Part shown: positions 1 through 9,864 of the stretch, piece after piece | How the letters are laid out: every line of letters starts with the position of its first letter | How positions within the stretch are numbered: position 1 is the stretch's first letter | From: Pelagomonas calceolata | Taxonomy: Eukaryota | DNA length: 64,000 nt | Direction of reading: 5' to 3' | Assembly: GCA_918797485.1 (NCBI GenBank) | Contig: CAKKNE010000003.1 | Span: forward strand, 5,208,001-5,272,000 | Translations under genes and position numbers: made by a program | The notes under the pieces: generated by a model | What the model was told of the DNA's origin: nothing | Databases searched by the model: none | Seen by the model: the letters and a program-made list of their open reading frames with translations, nothing else

Positions 1-1489
1 CTTCGGCAGCGGCGCGCTCGGCCTGCTCGGCAGCGTTGCGCTCGACCTCTGCCCGCTCGGCAGCGATGCGGGCCAATTTCTCTGCCTCTTTTGCAGCGAT
101 AGCATTGGACTTGGCTAGTTCTGTGGCGGCGATATCCTCTGACCGCGACGGTTTTGCGTTAAACGGCGGAATCTCGGCGATGGCCTCTGACCGCGACGGC
201 TTTGCGTTAAACGGAGGAATCTCGGCGATGGCATCCGGTCGCGACGCATTAAACGGAGGAATCTCGGCGATGGCCTCTGATCGCGACGGCTTTGCATTAA
301 ACGGCGGAATCTCGGCGATGGCCTCTGATCGCGACGGCTTTGCGTTAAACGGAGGAATCTCGGCGATGGCCTCTGATCGCGATGGCTTTGCATTAAACGG
401 AGGAATCTCGGCAATAGCCCTCGGTCGCAACGCATTAAACGGAGGAATCTCGGCGACGGCCTCTGACCGCGACGGCTTTGCATTAAACGGTGGCGTTGCG
501 GCGATGGCCTCCGGTCGCGACGCATTAAACGGCGGAATCTCGGCGACGGCCTCCGGTTGCACAGACACCGCTGGGCTCGCCGTCTGGCCGCCTTGGGGCC
601 GGAGGTCCTCGGCCACAGCCACGCGCGTCGGCCGCCGACTGCCAGTCGCCTCGTCTTGATCGTCGCGTCCGATGCCGGCGCGCGCTCGTCGAAACTCTGC
701 GTCGAGTCGCCGCTTCTTGGCCTCCGCCGCGCGCGTGCGTTTCGCGCGGACACGCTCGTCTTTTTTCTTCTTCTTGGCGTCTCGGAGCGAGACAAGACGC
801 GCGGCTTCGCGCGCAGCGTCGCCCGCCAAGGCACAGTCGCTTCGCTGCGCGTTGTCGTCGCGCCGCCGCCGAGCCGCAGAGACAGGTCGAGCGGGCATGC
901 CTCTGCCGCCATACGCCGCCTCGACGCGAGCGTCCCGTGCGCGAGGCGGCAACTTCGCCTGCGCGCGCCGCCCCGACGAAGCGGCGCCTGACGCCGGTGG
1001 TGACGCGCTGCCGCAGGCGAACCGGAGCAGGCGTGCCGCCTCGGCGTACGCGCGCTCGACGCGAGCGGTCTCGGCGGCGACGTCCGCGTCACGGAGCGTG
1101 CCTTCGAGTCCCACGCGCGCGGTCGCTTGCCGACGGAGCCGTCGCTCGACCGCCGCGACCCGGCCGTGCGCGCCGGCCAGCGCCTCGACGGCGACGCGCC
1201 GATTTTCTGCGGAGCCCCCCATTTGAGCTGGGGGGGCAGCGGCGGAGGTGCGCGCGATCGCGCCGCGGCGGCACCTGTTCAGATCGTTCACGACGAGCTC
1301 GAGTTCCCGCGTGCGCAGCTCGAGGTTCGCCTCGAAGGCGCGTTTCACCTTGCGTAGACGCGCGTGCTCGCGCCGCTGCTCCTCGAGCGCGTCGCGCGCC
1401 TCCGCGAGGCGCAGTCGGAGTTCGTCCGCAGCCTCGGCGGCCGACCTGGCCGGGGCCCAGCAGGCCCGCGCCCGGAATGGAGGCGCCAT
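1..1489 (-). CDS. Hypothetical coiled-coil protein with internal 14/16-aa tandem repeats; runs off the left edge of the window
   Basis: ATG at 1489 opens a frame reading MAPPFRARACW...LAEARDALEEQRREHARLRKVKRAFEANLELR...AKKKKKDER...(EAIAEIPPFNAKPSRS)n...AKEAEKLARIAAERAE. It is missing from the ORF track, presumably because there is no stop inside the window. The + strand ORFs here are its antisense shadows. Confidence 0.6.
   Translation of the reverse strand, partial: MAPPFRARACWAPARSAAEAADELRLRLAEARDALEEQRREHARLRKVKRAFEANLELRTRELELVVNDLNRCRRGAIARTSAAAPPAQMGGSAENRRVAVEALAGAHGRVAAVERRLRRQATARVGLEGTLRDADVAAETARVERAYAEAARLLRFACGSASPPASGAASSGRRAQAKLPPRARDARVEAAYGGRGMPARPVSAARRRRDDNAQRSDCALAGDAAREAARLVSLRDAKKKKKDERVRAKRTRAAEAKKRRLDAEFRRARAGIGRDDQDEATGSRRPTRVAVAEDLRPQGGQTASPAVSVQPEAVAEIPPFNASRPEAIAATPPFNAKPSRSEAVAEIPPFNALRPRAIAEIPPFNAKPSRSEAIAEIPPFNAKPSRSEAIAEIPPFNAKPSRSEAIAEIPPFNASRPDAIAEIPPFNAKPSRSEAIAEIPPFNAKPSRSEDIAATELAKSNAIAAKEAEKLARIAAERAEVERNAAEQAERAAAE
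129..557. repeat. Coding minisatellite, 9 units of 48 bp (6 units) or 42 bp (3 units)
   Basis: Repeated GCGATGGCCTCTGAYCGCGACGGCTTTGCRTTAAACGGMGGAATCTCG. The short variant lacks 6 bp, so the frame is preserved. Confidence 0.95.
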
Positions 1490-1583
1490 GCTGCCCTTAT
1501 CACTGCCGCATGAGTCGAAAACCCGCTTTTGAATTGGCGTGCCACGCGCCTCAAAGTCTTAATGGTCCCTCTGGTGCATGGTA

Positions 1584-2424
1584 CCACATGGGGGGTAAAC
1601 ATGGGGTGGGTACCAGGCTATGTTTACCCCGCAGATGTATGTCCGGTTTTGGTGTTTTAGAGGCGGGTGCCAGTGCGACCCAGCGGGTGCACCGCCACCA
1701 GCACCGCCCCGGGGGCCGAGGCACGCCCCCATGACGGCCTCGCATGCCAAGTTTCAGCGGCAACGGTGCTCGGGAAGGGCAGCCACGGTCGGCGGTTCCA
1801 TTCGACGATCGACGCCCCGCGGCCCCCTCTCGGCGAATTTGTCACTAATCGCGGCACAGGGTCTCAGGATAGGATTCGGAGGAACTTTGCTATGGGCGGG
1901 TGACAAATTAGCTGAGTAGATTTTCATCCATTCGTTCCCGAACACGGTCGCGAACGGGGGCACTACGGCTCACTTCCCGGCGGTTTTCGCTGGAACCAAA
2001 GACGGACGCTGGTCGGTAGGGTATGAGAGGCTCCCTCGCGGCGCGACGACGCTCAACGGCTGCGTCAAGGCCATATGCACACCGTCGCCGCGATATAGTG
2101 TTTTTTTTAAGTTTATTTTTTTTACCCGTCTCGGGGCTCTAAAGCGGGAGCATGGAGCTCTGAAAGGGAGCCCTCGCGTTGGCGCTTCGATTTTCGCGCA
2201 TCGACTAAAATTGCTAAACGTTTTGCCGTCGTTCTCGGCCAATTTTGCGCCTGCGCGCAAAAGAAAAGCTGCCGAGGGCCGCTTGGGTGCCCGTACGCCC
2301 ACGCGCACGCGCACTTCCGCTGCCATGGGCATGGGCAGCCGCACGGCCGCAAAAAGCAAAACCGGACATACATCGTGACGCCCTCTAGCGGCTGGTACCC
2401 ACCCCATACTTAACCCCCCTTGGG
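1584..2424. mobile_element. Non-autonomous TIR element (MITE), probable TA target duplication
   Basis: Left end CCACATGGGGGGTAAACATGGGGTGGGTACCAG; reverse complement of right end CCCAAGGGGGGTTAAGTATGGGGTGGGTACCAG. The subterminal inverted motif GATGTATGTCCGGTTTTG occurs at both ends. TA flanks both sides. No transposase ORF. Confidence 0.75.
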
Positions 2425-2443
2425 TACCAGCTGGTACCTCGTA

Positions 2444-2575
2444 GAGAGAGAAACCTACTAGCCCTTCCTACCCTAGATATGTATCTCCCACTCTCTAATA
2501 TTTGAGTCTATACATCGAGTGTCAAAAGCACTACGGTGTAACAACAGTTCACTATAAAACACTCTCGTAGTCAGG
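2444..2575 (+). repeat. Interspersed repeat A (near-identical copy at about 53007-53137)
   Basis: AGAGAGAAACCTACTAGCCCTTCCTACCCTAGATATGTATCTCC...ACACTCTCGYAGTCAGG is present at both loci. Confidence 0.9.
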
Positions 2576-3162
2576 TTGGCCCAGCCCTCGGCTGGTGAGC
2601 TAGGATGATAATAGTTAGGAGTGAGAGGCGACTTCCCCCTACTAAGGGGATATCGGAGTACCCTAGGATGAGAAGTAGCCTAGGCGGGTAATACAAGTAC
2701 GGGTTGTGCTTGGATACGTCTCAGTTGAACCTTGGGATCCTACTAGACGTGTATTTCCATTGCAGATCTAGGGTACTCAGGCTAGGGTATATTCTCCGCA
2801 CTCCCCCTAGCTCCTCCATCGATGTCAAAGAGTCTCTTGTGTTGATCATTCTCATCATGAGTACCTACCGTGACCCCGGGCCGGGGCCGGTCACGGTACT
2901 ATTCACTAGATTAAGGGAATATTAGCTTTGCCATTTGGATTGGATGAGCTGGGTGGTGCAATATGTACAAAAAACGGGTTTCTCAATGACTGTTTCGGCT
3001 TCAAGGTCAGCTGCGAGGGCTCCCGCGTAGGAAATCGCGCTAGCGGCCTGTAAGACACTAGGCATCCCTAGCAAGCAGTGACTGTCTGACTGTATTACTC
3101 CTGCCGCGATAGTGCGTCGCGCGGAGAACCGTGAGATCCAACGTCTGCGCTAAGAGTGCGTC

Positions 3163-3840
3163 ATGCGCTGCGTGCTCGCGATACTAGGGCTGCTCTGTTG
3201 GCGCGCGACTGGCTTCCGCGCCGCGCCGCCACCGCGCGCGCGCGTGCGGCGCGCGTCGAGCGCCGATACGCTCGACTCGGCCGCCGCCGACGCGGTGCCA
3301 CCGACGCCGTCGCCGGGCCTGCCCGCGGGCGCGGCGGGCGTGGACATGTTCGGCACGCCCGTGGCCGCGGATGGCACGCCGATGATGGGGCCGGACGACG
3401 ACGACTCCGTCGCTGCCGGCGCGCCGCTGGGCCCAGACAGCCCGGTCGGTGGCGACGCCGCGGCGCCGCCCCCCGAGCAAACCTATGCGCCAGCGGATTT
3501 CGTCGGGTCCGAGTGGAAGCTCGGCGTGCTGTGGCGCGGCGACGACAAGATCGAGGTCACGTGGGCGCGGTGCCTCGCCGACGGCTCGGCAGAGTTCGGC
3601 TGGGGCACCCGCGGGTCGTGGCGCCTCGACGAGGGTCGGTTCCTGACATTCGCGCGCGAGTTTCCGCTCGGCTGGAACGGCAAGCGCCTCTTCTCGGCCA
3701 AGGTCGGCGACGACCCCGACTTCGTCGAGGGCATCGTGCGTGGTTGGAAGCCGTTCGAGTCCGCGTCGGTCATGGGCCAGTGGCAGGCCATCCGCCTGGG
3801 CGTCGAGAGAAAGGGCGTCGCGCCGTGGTGGCGCGAGTAA
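3163..3840 (+). CDS. Putative plastid-targeted protein of unknown function (225 aa)
   Basis: Signal peptide ending ATG-FRA (ASAFAP-like), then an Arg/Pro-rich transit peptide and a Trp/Gly-rich globular C-terminal domain. High GC3. Confidence 0.75.
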   Translation: MRCVLAILGLLCWRATGFRAAPPPRARVRRASSADTLDSAAADAVPPTPSPGLPAGAAGVDMFGTPVAADGTPMMGPDDDDSVAAGAPLGPDSPVGGDAAAPPPEQTYAPADFVGSEWKLGVLWRGDDKIEVTWARCLADGSAEFGWGTRGSWRLDEGRFLTFAREFPLGWNGKRLFSAKVGDDPDFVEGIVRGWKPFESASVMGQWQAIRLGVERKGVAPWWRE

Positions 3841-4251
3841 GAAAGAGAGAAATACCGCTTCTTCTTCATTCAAGGTCATTTCTCTCGCTAAAAGTACCCG
3901 GCAGCGGGCCCGAGGCCTACTACTAGTACTAGGGCGATGGACCGCCGTGTCCTCCGCCTCGAGTTCTTGTTTCGTGTCCGAGTCACGGTCCACAGGCTTA
4001 GAAGCGATCCAAATCCTGTCGAGTACAGACCACGACTCCTCCGCGCCGAGAAATTAGGGTAAACCCGAATTTACGTCGCAAAGTCGTGTTTGCGGCTCGG
4101 GAGGCGTGGTCTAAACGCGACAGCGATTCATCACGGTTATTATTATTACTAGACAGCAGCACCGGCCCGGAAACGGCGTCGGCAATTGACCCGCCGCTCG
4201 GGCGTGACGCCATGAGTACACGCCAGCCAACTAATGCGGCGGCATTCAAAT

Positions 4252-6961
4252 TCAAGTTGGCAAGCGGTCGTCGCGGAACGACGGATAGTCGACTTCTTCC
4301 CAGCCTAGAGAGCTTTCCGTCGTGCGGAGCGCAGCGTAGAGTCGCCGGTTGTAGGGCTCGAACCAGGCGCGGAGCCGGCGGTAGCCGGCGCGCGACCAGG
4401 CGTGGCGCGGCGCCACGCGCGCGCGCGTCGCGTGGACGCGCTGGCCGGCGCCAAAGGAGAACGACGCGCAGAGGCCCACGTGCGCGGCGACGGCGCGGCC
4501 GGCGCCGGGCGCGTCGCGCTTGAGCTGCTCGGCGGAGACGGCCGTCACTCTTTCCGCGCCGTGGACGGCGCGGTAGTGGAGGACCTGGTACACGTAGAGC
4601 GACTTGCGGACGAGGCCAAAGGGGTCCCGGCGGCGCAGCTTGAGGTCCTGGCACGCGAGGCCGTAGTACGCGTCGGCGCCGGCGGCGTCGGCCGCCGCCG
4701 TGCGGTTCGCCGCGTAGAAGGCGCGCGCGGCGCCGTAGCACGCGTCGTAGGCGTCGAGCGCGCCGAGCGTCGCGGCGTCGAAGCCGATATCTTGAGAGAA
4801 GAAGTAGGGCCGGTAGCAGAAGCGAAAGTCCGAGAACGCGCGCGCGACGGGCTCTCGGAGCGCGAAGACGACGAACGCGCGCGGCGCGTCGAGCGCGGCG
4901 CGCATCGCCGGCAGGCGCGACTCGGAGGCGTACGTGACCGTGGCGTCGAGGGCGACGAAGGGTTCGTCGTCCCGAAACCACGGGAACCGCGACGCGCGAC
5001 GCGCGAGCGATTGTCGGTAGTAGACGGCGTTGATGTACGCGCCTATGCAGGAACCAAAATTGTCGCGGCGCGCCTCCGCCACTGCTGTATCATGAACTCC
5101 ACGCCATCGACGCGACGCCAGCTCGACGGCATGGCGGTGTGGGTCTTGCACCACTCGATTCAGTCATCACGGCGTTGCCGCAGAGAAATGACTTTGTGAA
5201 GAATGCACCCGAGTCACTGTTTGATTTGCGCACAGGTACGCGCCCGGCTCCTTGTAGTGGGAACCTCGCACGGGCCTCAGCACCTGCGGGTGCGTCGCGA
5301 GAAGCGCCGCGAGCGCGCTGGACGCGCCCTTTTGGGCCGAGGGAATGAAGAGCGTCGGCGCGCAGGACGACGCGCCCGCGCGTCGGTGTGTCTCGTCGGC
5401 GTCGCCTGCGTGGACGCCGCGTCTACGGGCCGCGTCCGGCCTCGAGTCACCGCGCCGGGAAGCGACGAGACGCGCCGGCGACACCGCGTTGGAATGCAAA
5501 ACATCGCGGCCGGTCGCTCAGCGGGCGCCCCGCGATTTCGCGCGCGCACGCGGCGCGCTGGTCGACCGCGACGGCGCGCGGCGGCCCCGCGCTGAATAGT
5601 GCGCCGAGCGGCGATGCCGGCGCCGCGGGGGCGAAGCGGCCGTCGGTCGCCGCGGGCCCGAGCCAGACGGCGTACGAGCCTCCGGCCGCGTCGGCGAGCG
5701 TGATCGTCGAGGACGCGTCGAGCAGCGAACCAGCCGCCGTTTCGTCGCAATTTAGCCACGCCACACCGCCCGCCAAGTCGTTCGCCAGCCCCGCGCCGCG
5801 CCACGCGTCGAGCAAAAGTCGGGCTGGGTCGCGCGCCAGCGCGTCGGCGCAACGCTCGTCCGCGCCGCACGCGTCGAACGCCGCGAGCGCGCGCGAGATT
5901 GCGGCGTCACGCGGCGCCGGCGCGTGCACGAGGAGCGGCGGCGGCGCGCGGTCGTGGTAGGCCCACGGCGCCGCCGGGCCGCACGCGTCCGGCGCGACCG
6001 CGAAGCCGCGCGCGTCCGCGGGAACCGGCGCGACGAAGACGTACGTGAAGTCTATCGCGAGGCCACCGTGTTTCCAGACGCTCTGGAGCCGCAGGAAAAG
6101 CGTCAATGCCGGCGCCGGCAGCACGTCCGCGTCGTCGCGGCCGAAGAAGGTCAGGAAGTCCAGGTGTCGCGGCGCCAGGGCCGCGCGCCGGAGCTCCCAC
6201 CAGCGGCGGCCCGGCGCGTCATCCGCGTCGGTCGTCCCGTAGAGCGGCGTCTGCGCGTTCACCAAAACGGTCCGCGCGTCGAAGCCGAGCTTGGCGTAGC
6301 GGTCGAAGTGCGTGAGTCCCAGCGCGTTCGCGTAGCGGAAGTCGCGCGCCAGCTCTGGCCCGACGACGGCGACGCGCACCGCCGCGCGCGCGTGAGTGGC
6401 GAGCAACGACTCGAGCGCGACGTGGTTGACGGGCGAAAAGTGGAACACCGGGTGCGCGTAGTCCGCGTGCACGGCGACGCTCCGGTGCGTGGATCGTGTT
6501 GCATTCGGCGGTGTCGGCGGGTTTTCCGGCGGCTCTCTTGATTCGTCGTGCTCCGCGACGCGCCGCGCCCGGCGCGCGGCCCACGCGGTCGCCCGCACGG
6601 GGTGCAGCCCCTCCGCCGCGAGGGCTGCCACTTCATGCGGAATCTCGAGGTTCGCCGCCGCCAGGTCGCCGGGCCCGCCCGTCGCGATCGGCGCGCCGCG
6701 TGCGTCAAAGCGCGCCGCGCCGCGGGCGCCACGCCGCCGCGCCGTACCGTCGACGCTGCCGGCGACGCGCGGCGGGCTCGGGGGCGTGCGGCGAGGAGTA
6801 CCGTTCGCCGGCGGCCGGCGTCTCGCCGCGACCAAGAGGTAGATCGCAGCGGGGGACGCATACAACGCGATGAGCCACGGCGCGGGCCTGGTGCGGGGCC
6901 GGGCGCGCGCGCGCGCGTGCCGGCCGCGAGCCGACGGCGGCGCGTGCCTCCGCGGGCGCAT
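4252..6961 (-). CDS. Type II membrane GT32-like (DXD) glycosyltransferase fused to a PAPS-dependent sulfotransferase; exons 6961-5485, 5405-5244, 5042-4252 (809 aa)
   Basis: N-terminal TM segment. ALESLLATH and LFLRLQSVWKHGGLAIDFTYVF resemble GT32 motifs. Sulfotransferase motifs PSAQKGASSAL..HPQV..KEP, DATVTY and LREPVARAFSDF follow. Two introns (79 nt GT-AG, 201 nt GC-AG) join three ORFs into a 2430-nt frame. Confidence 0.75.
5043..5235. mobile_element. Introner element, 193 bp, forming intron 5243-5043
   Basis: Perfect 8-bp TSD GTACGCGC (5035-5042, 5236-5243). Ends CTATGCAGGAACCAAA and TTTGATTTGCGCACAG. Removal restores YKEPGAYINAVYY. Confidence 0.9.
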
Positions 6962-7576
6962 CTAACCACGTGTTGGCTGCCCACTCTCCTTGGCTCCTAT
7001 CATGCTGATTCTATGGGTTAAAAACTATTGCTTGCGGTAGCTTGCTTGCACCAGCGTACTTGAATAGCCGTACGCCATCTTCGCCAATTCTGCGGCATAC
7101 GACGCTCGCGTGCCGCGTGCACTCATGTGCAGGGAAATGCTCACAGAGTGTTGGAGGCATCAAAATATGTGCTAGTGGCCACCCCCGGCACCACTCCTCT
7201 CTGGGGGCCTTGGACGAAATGTGATTCCCACTAGTTTTATGTTACCCCCCCCCCCCCCTTATTTCCTACGGCAGGCCCCGCGGGATCGAGAGTCCCCGCG
7301 GGTCTACCGCGGCGACCAACGTATGTTAATCTGCCAGTGTCCGTACTACGGCGTAACTGCGCAAGCGTTGTGACGGGGCGTCCCACCCGGGCCGATTATA
7401 TCTTTCCTATAGATGTGTACTTACCGCTGGCACAGGTGCCTTGGATCGCAGTTAGTGTGGTCGGCAGTGGCAATGTACAAAAAAGGGCGGGGTCGGCATC
7501 TAGGGTTGGCAACGAGGGACGTCCAAAAGCGGTCGCCATCGGAGAAAGGGCAGCAGGAAAGCAAATTCGGCCAGGA

Positions 7577-9058
7577 CTACGCCTCTGCGTCGAGGTCGGC
7601 CGCGGCGCCGGACGCCACTGCCGCGTCGTCGCGGTCCTTGGCTAACTTGTTGACGGCGCGCAAGATGGCGCGGGCGTCTTCCTCGGGCACGCCCATCTTG
7701 ACGTAGTCCTCGACGCCGTAGTGCAGCCGGCTGAGATCGACGGGGTCCTCAGATTCTGGCGCGGCCGGCGCCGGCGCGAGGCCCGGCGGCGCCTCGGCCT
7801 TCGGTGGTACCGACGCCGGCGCAGGCGGCACGGCTGTCGGCCTCTCCGGCGCCGCCGCGGTGTCAGCCAGCGCGAACGCCTGCGGCTGCAGCAATGCTGG
7901 CGGCGAGGATGGCTGCTGCGGCATGCCCACGAGCGGCTGCCTGCCGGGCTGCCAGGGCTGCGCAGTGGAGTCGAGGGCGCCCATCATTCGCGTGAAGGTG
8001 CGCGGCGGCGAGTTCGGCGCCATCGGGGGGGCGCGCGGGGGCGCGTACCGCAGCGCGTTCTGGAGGGCCGCCAGGCCGGGCGTTGTTTGGCCGACATAGG
8101 GCGCTTGGCCGGGAAAGGGAGCCGGAGCCGGCGGTGGTAGTGCGTGGAGTCTAGGGGCGGCGTAGGAAGGAATCGGCAAGCCCTGCGCCGCCGCCGCGTC
8201 CACTTGCCGCTGGGCCGTCTCGGTGGCCCTCCGAGACACGTACTGCTGGAACTCGGCGTGGTAGCGCGTGTCGTGCGACGACTGCCCGCAGAGAGCGCAG
8301 CAGACCAGAGCCGAGCAGCGCCGCGGGTGGGCCCTTCTGCAATTGCGCCAGCCGCACTTGAAACACATGGCGACGGTGTCGTTGTCGTCGCCCGGTCTGA
8401 CGCTAGCCCAATCATGTACTCCTATGCAGCCTCCATCATATCTCGCGCACGGGGAGTCTCGCGGGCGGATGAGAGCCACTTTATATCCCCGTTCGGCCAG
8501 TCTCGCGAAGGCCAAGCCGAACTGCTCCCGCGGGGAGCCTCCCAGCGCACAGACCAAAATCGGCGCTTTCCCGTCCTTCTGGTGGACGGCGTGTGCCAAC
8601 GCGTAGTCGAAGAGGTCGACGATGAGCGGTGAGCGGTCGGTCATGCCGGCGGGGCTCGTGTCAATCAGGCGGACGCCGGCGGCCTGCAGGCCCGCTCGCG
8701 TCGCGCCCGGCAACGCGGCAACATCGCCGTACGCCCGCGCTGACCTGACGTCCCCGTACAACGACGCGACGTTCCGCTGGACGCACGTCCCCGCGTCGGG
8801 CCCGCCGGGCCGACACCCGGTCAGGTCCCAGAACAGCGCGCAGCCCGCGGCGCCCGGGGGCCGGCCGGGACCCAGCGCGTTCGCGGCCGGGCCCTGGTTG
8901 GGCCAAGTCGCGGGCGGCGGGGGGGCGCCGGGCGCAAGAGCCGGGTCGTTCGCGGGCTTCCAGATGTCCGCAGGCGGTTCCAGGGCGGGCGGGAAGGCCC
9001 TCAAGTCCGCCTGGGGCCGGGTGGCGTCGTCCCGCTGAATAAGTCCACGTGAGTACAT
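7577..9058 (-). CDS. NYN-domain (Limkain/MARF1-like) protein with Cys/His zinc-finger-like segment and Pro/Gln-rich tail
   Basis: ALFWDLTGCRP, RAYGD and LQAAGVRLID match the NYN pattern; CFKC..C and CALCGQSSH follow. First ATG is at 9058 (the ORF track starts at a TTG). Confidence 0.7.
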   Translation of the reverse strand: MYSRGLIQRDDATRPQADLRAFPPALEPPADIWKPANDPALAPGAPPPPATWPNQGPAANALGPGRPPGAAGCALFWDLTGCRPGGPDAGTCVQRNVASLYGDVRSARAYGDVAALPGATRAGLQAAGVRLIDTSPAGMTDRSPLIVDLFDYALAHAVHQKDGKAPILVCALGGSPREQFGLAFARLAERGYKVALIRPRDSPCARYDGGCIGVHDWASVRPGDDNDTVAMCFKCGWRNCRRAHPRRCSALVCCALCGQSSHDTRYHAEFQQYVSRRATETAQRQVDAAAAQGLPIPSYAAPRLHALPPPAPAPFPGQAPYVGQTTPGLAALQNALRYAPPRAPPMAPNSPPRTFTRMMGALDSTAQPWQPGRQPLVGMPQQPSSPPALLQPQAFALADTAAAPERPTAVPPAPASVPPKAEAPPGLAPAPAAPESEDPVDLSRLHYGVEDYVKMGVPEEDARAILRAVNKLAKDRDDAAVASGAAADLDAEA

Positions 9059-9239
9059 GCGGGCTCCTTCAAAACGGAATGGAGAGTCGAGCGGCGCTCT
9101 CGTGAGCCGCGGCCGCGGTGAGCCCCTTGCCAACCTCGGTCCTAATAGTTTCGCTTGCTTGAGTGTACGCGATAATAATATTTTGGCCTGCCGGTACAAG
9201 CTGGTACAAGTGGTACCATGGTACTGTAGGTACCTACCG

Positions 9240-9376
9240 TATTCACTAGGCCTACCGGTATTCTATCCGGGTATTTAACTAGGATAAGTGAGACTAGGAT
9301 AGTGAAGCTAAGATAAAATTTGGGAGGTTTATAAGTGGAAAAAAGGCCGTTGCCACAACGGGCGCCGGACCACGCG
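9240..9376 (+). repeat. Interspersed repeat B (inverted copy at about 32608-32755)
   Basis: TATCCGGGTATTTAACYARGATAAGTGAGACTAGGATAGTGAAGCTAAGATAAAATTT...GGCCGTTGCCACAACGGGCGCC is shared in opposite orientation. Confidence 0.9.
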
Positions 9377-9864
9377 CCCCCGCGCCAAAATAACCAACTT
9401 GAAGGGCCCGCCGGGAGGGTCACGGTGGGAGGGCCGCGGCCAAAACTTGAAATTCTCAGGCTTGCTCCTTTGTCCTGCGCTCACACAATCGGAGACACAA
9501 TCGGAGCGCTATTGGACACGAGCAAGTAGTATAAGAAAGTATCATGATCTTGTAGCGAGCCACTAGGTGTGACGATATTGCTACCAAGATACCAATCATA
9601 GCTGACAGATGCAATCTTTTCAAGTTAATTAATCACTCAGGCTATAGTCATCTTGAGCCTGAGACCGGGTCACGGTTGCCGCCGCCGAGGCCGTCGAGAG
9701 GACCATCACAACCTGTGTGAGCTCCAAAATCTGTCGAAAACGGGTTTCTGAGACCGAGGCCTACCGGTCGCGACCGGTCGTCTCTACGACCGCAGGCTAC
9801 CGGATTACGAATTCTAGTGCCTTACCGAGGCACACGGCTGGCCTTACATCAATTACAAACGAGT

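Noticed and set aside
129..557. Possible CRISPR array
   Set aside because: The units are contiguous with no unique spacers, preserve a reading frame, and there are no cas genes.
1207..1274. GT...CAG segment as an intron in the first gene
   Set aside because: It is 68 nt, so removal would break a frame that appears open without splicing.
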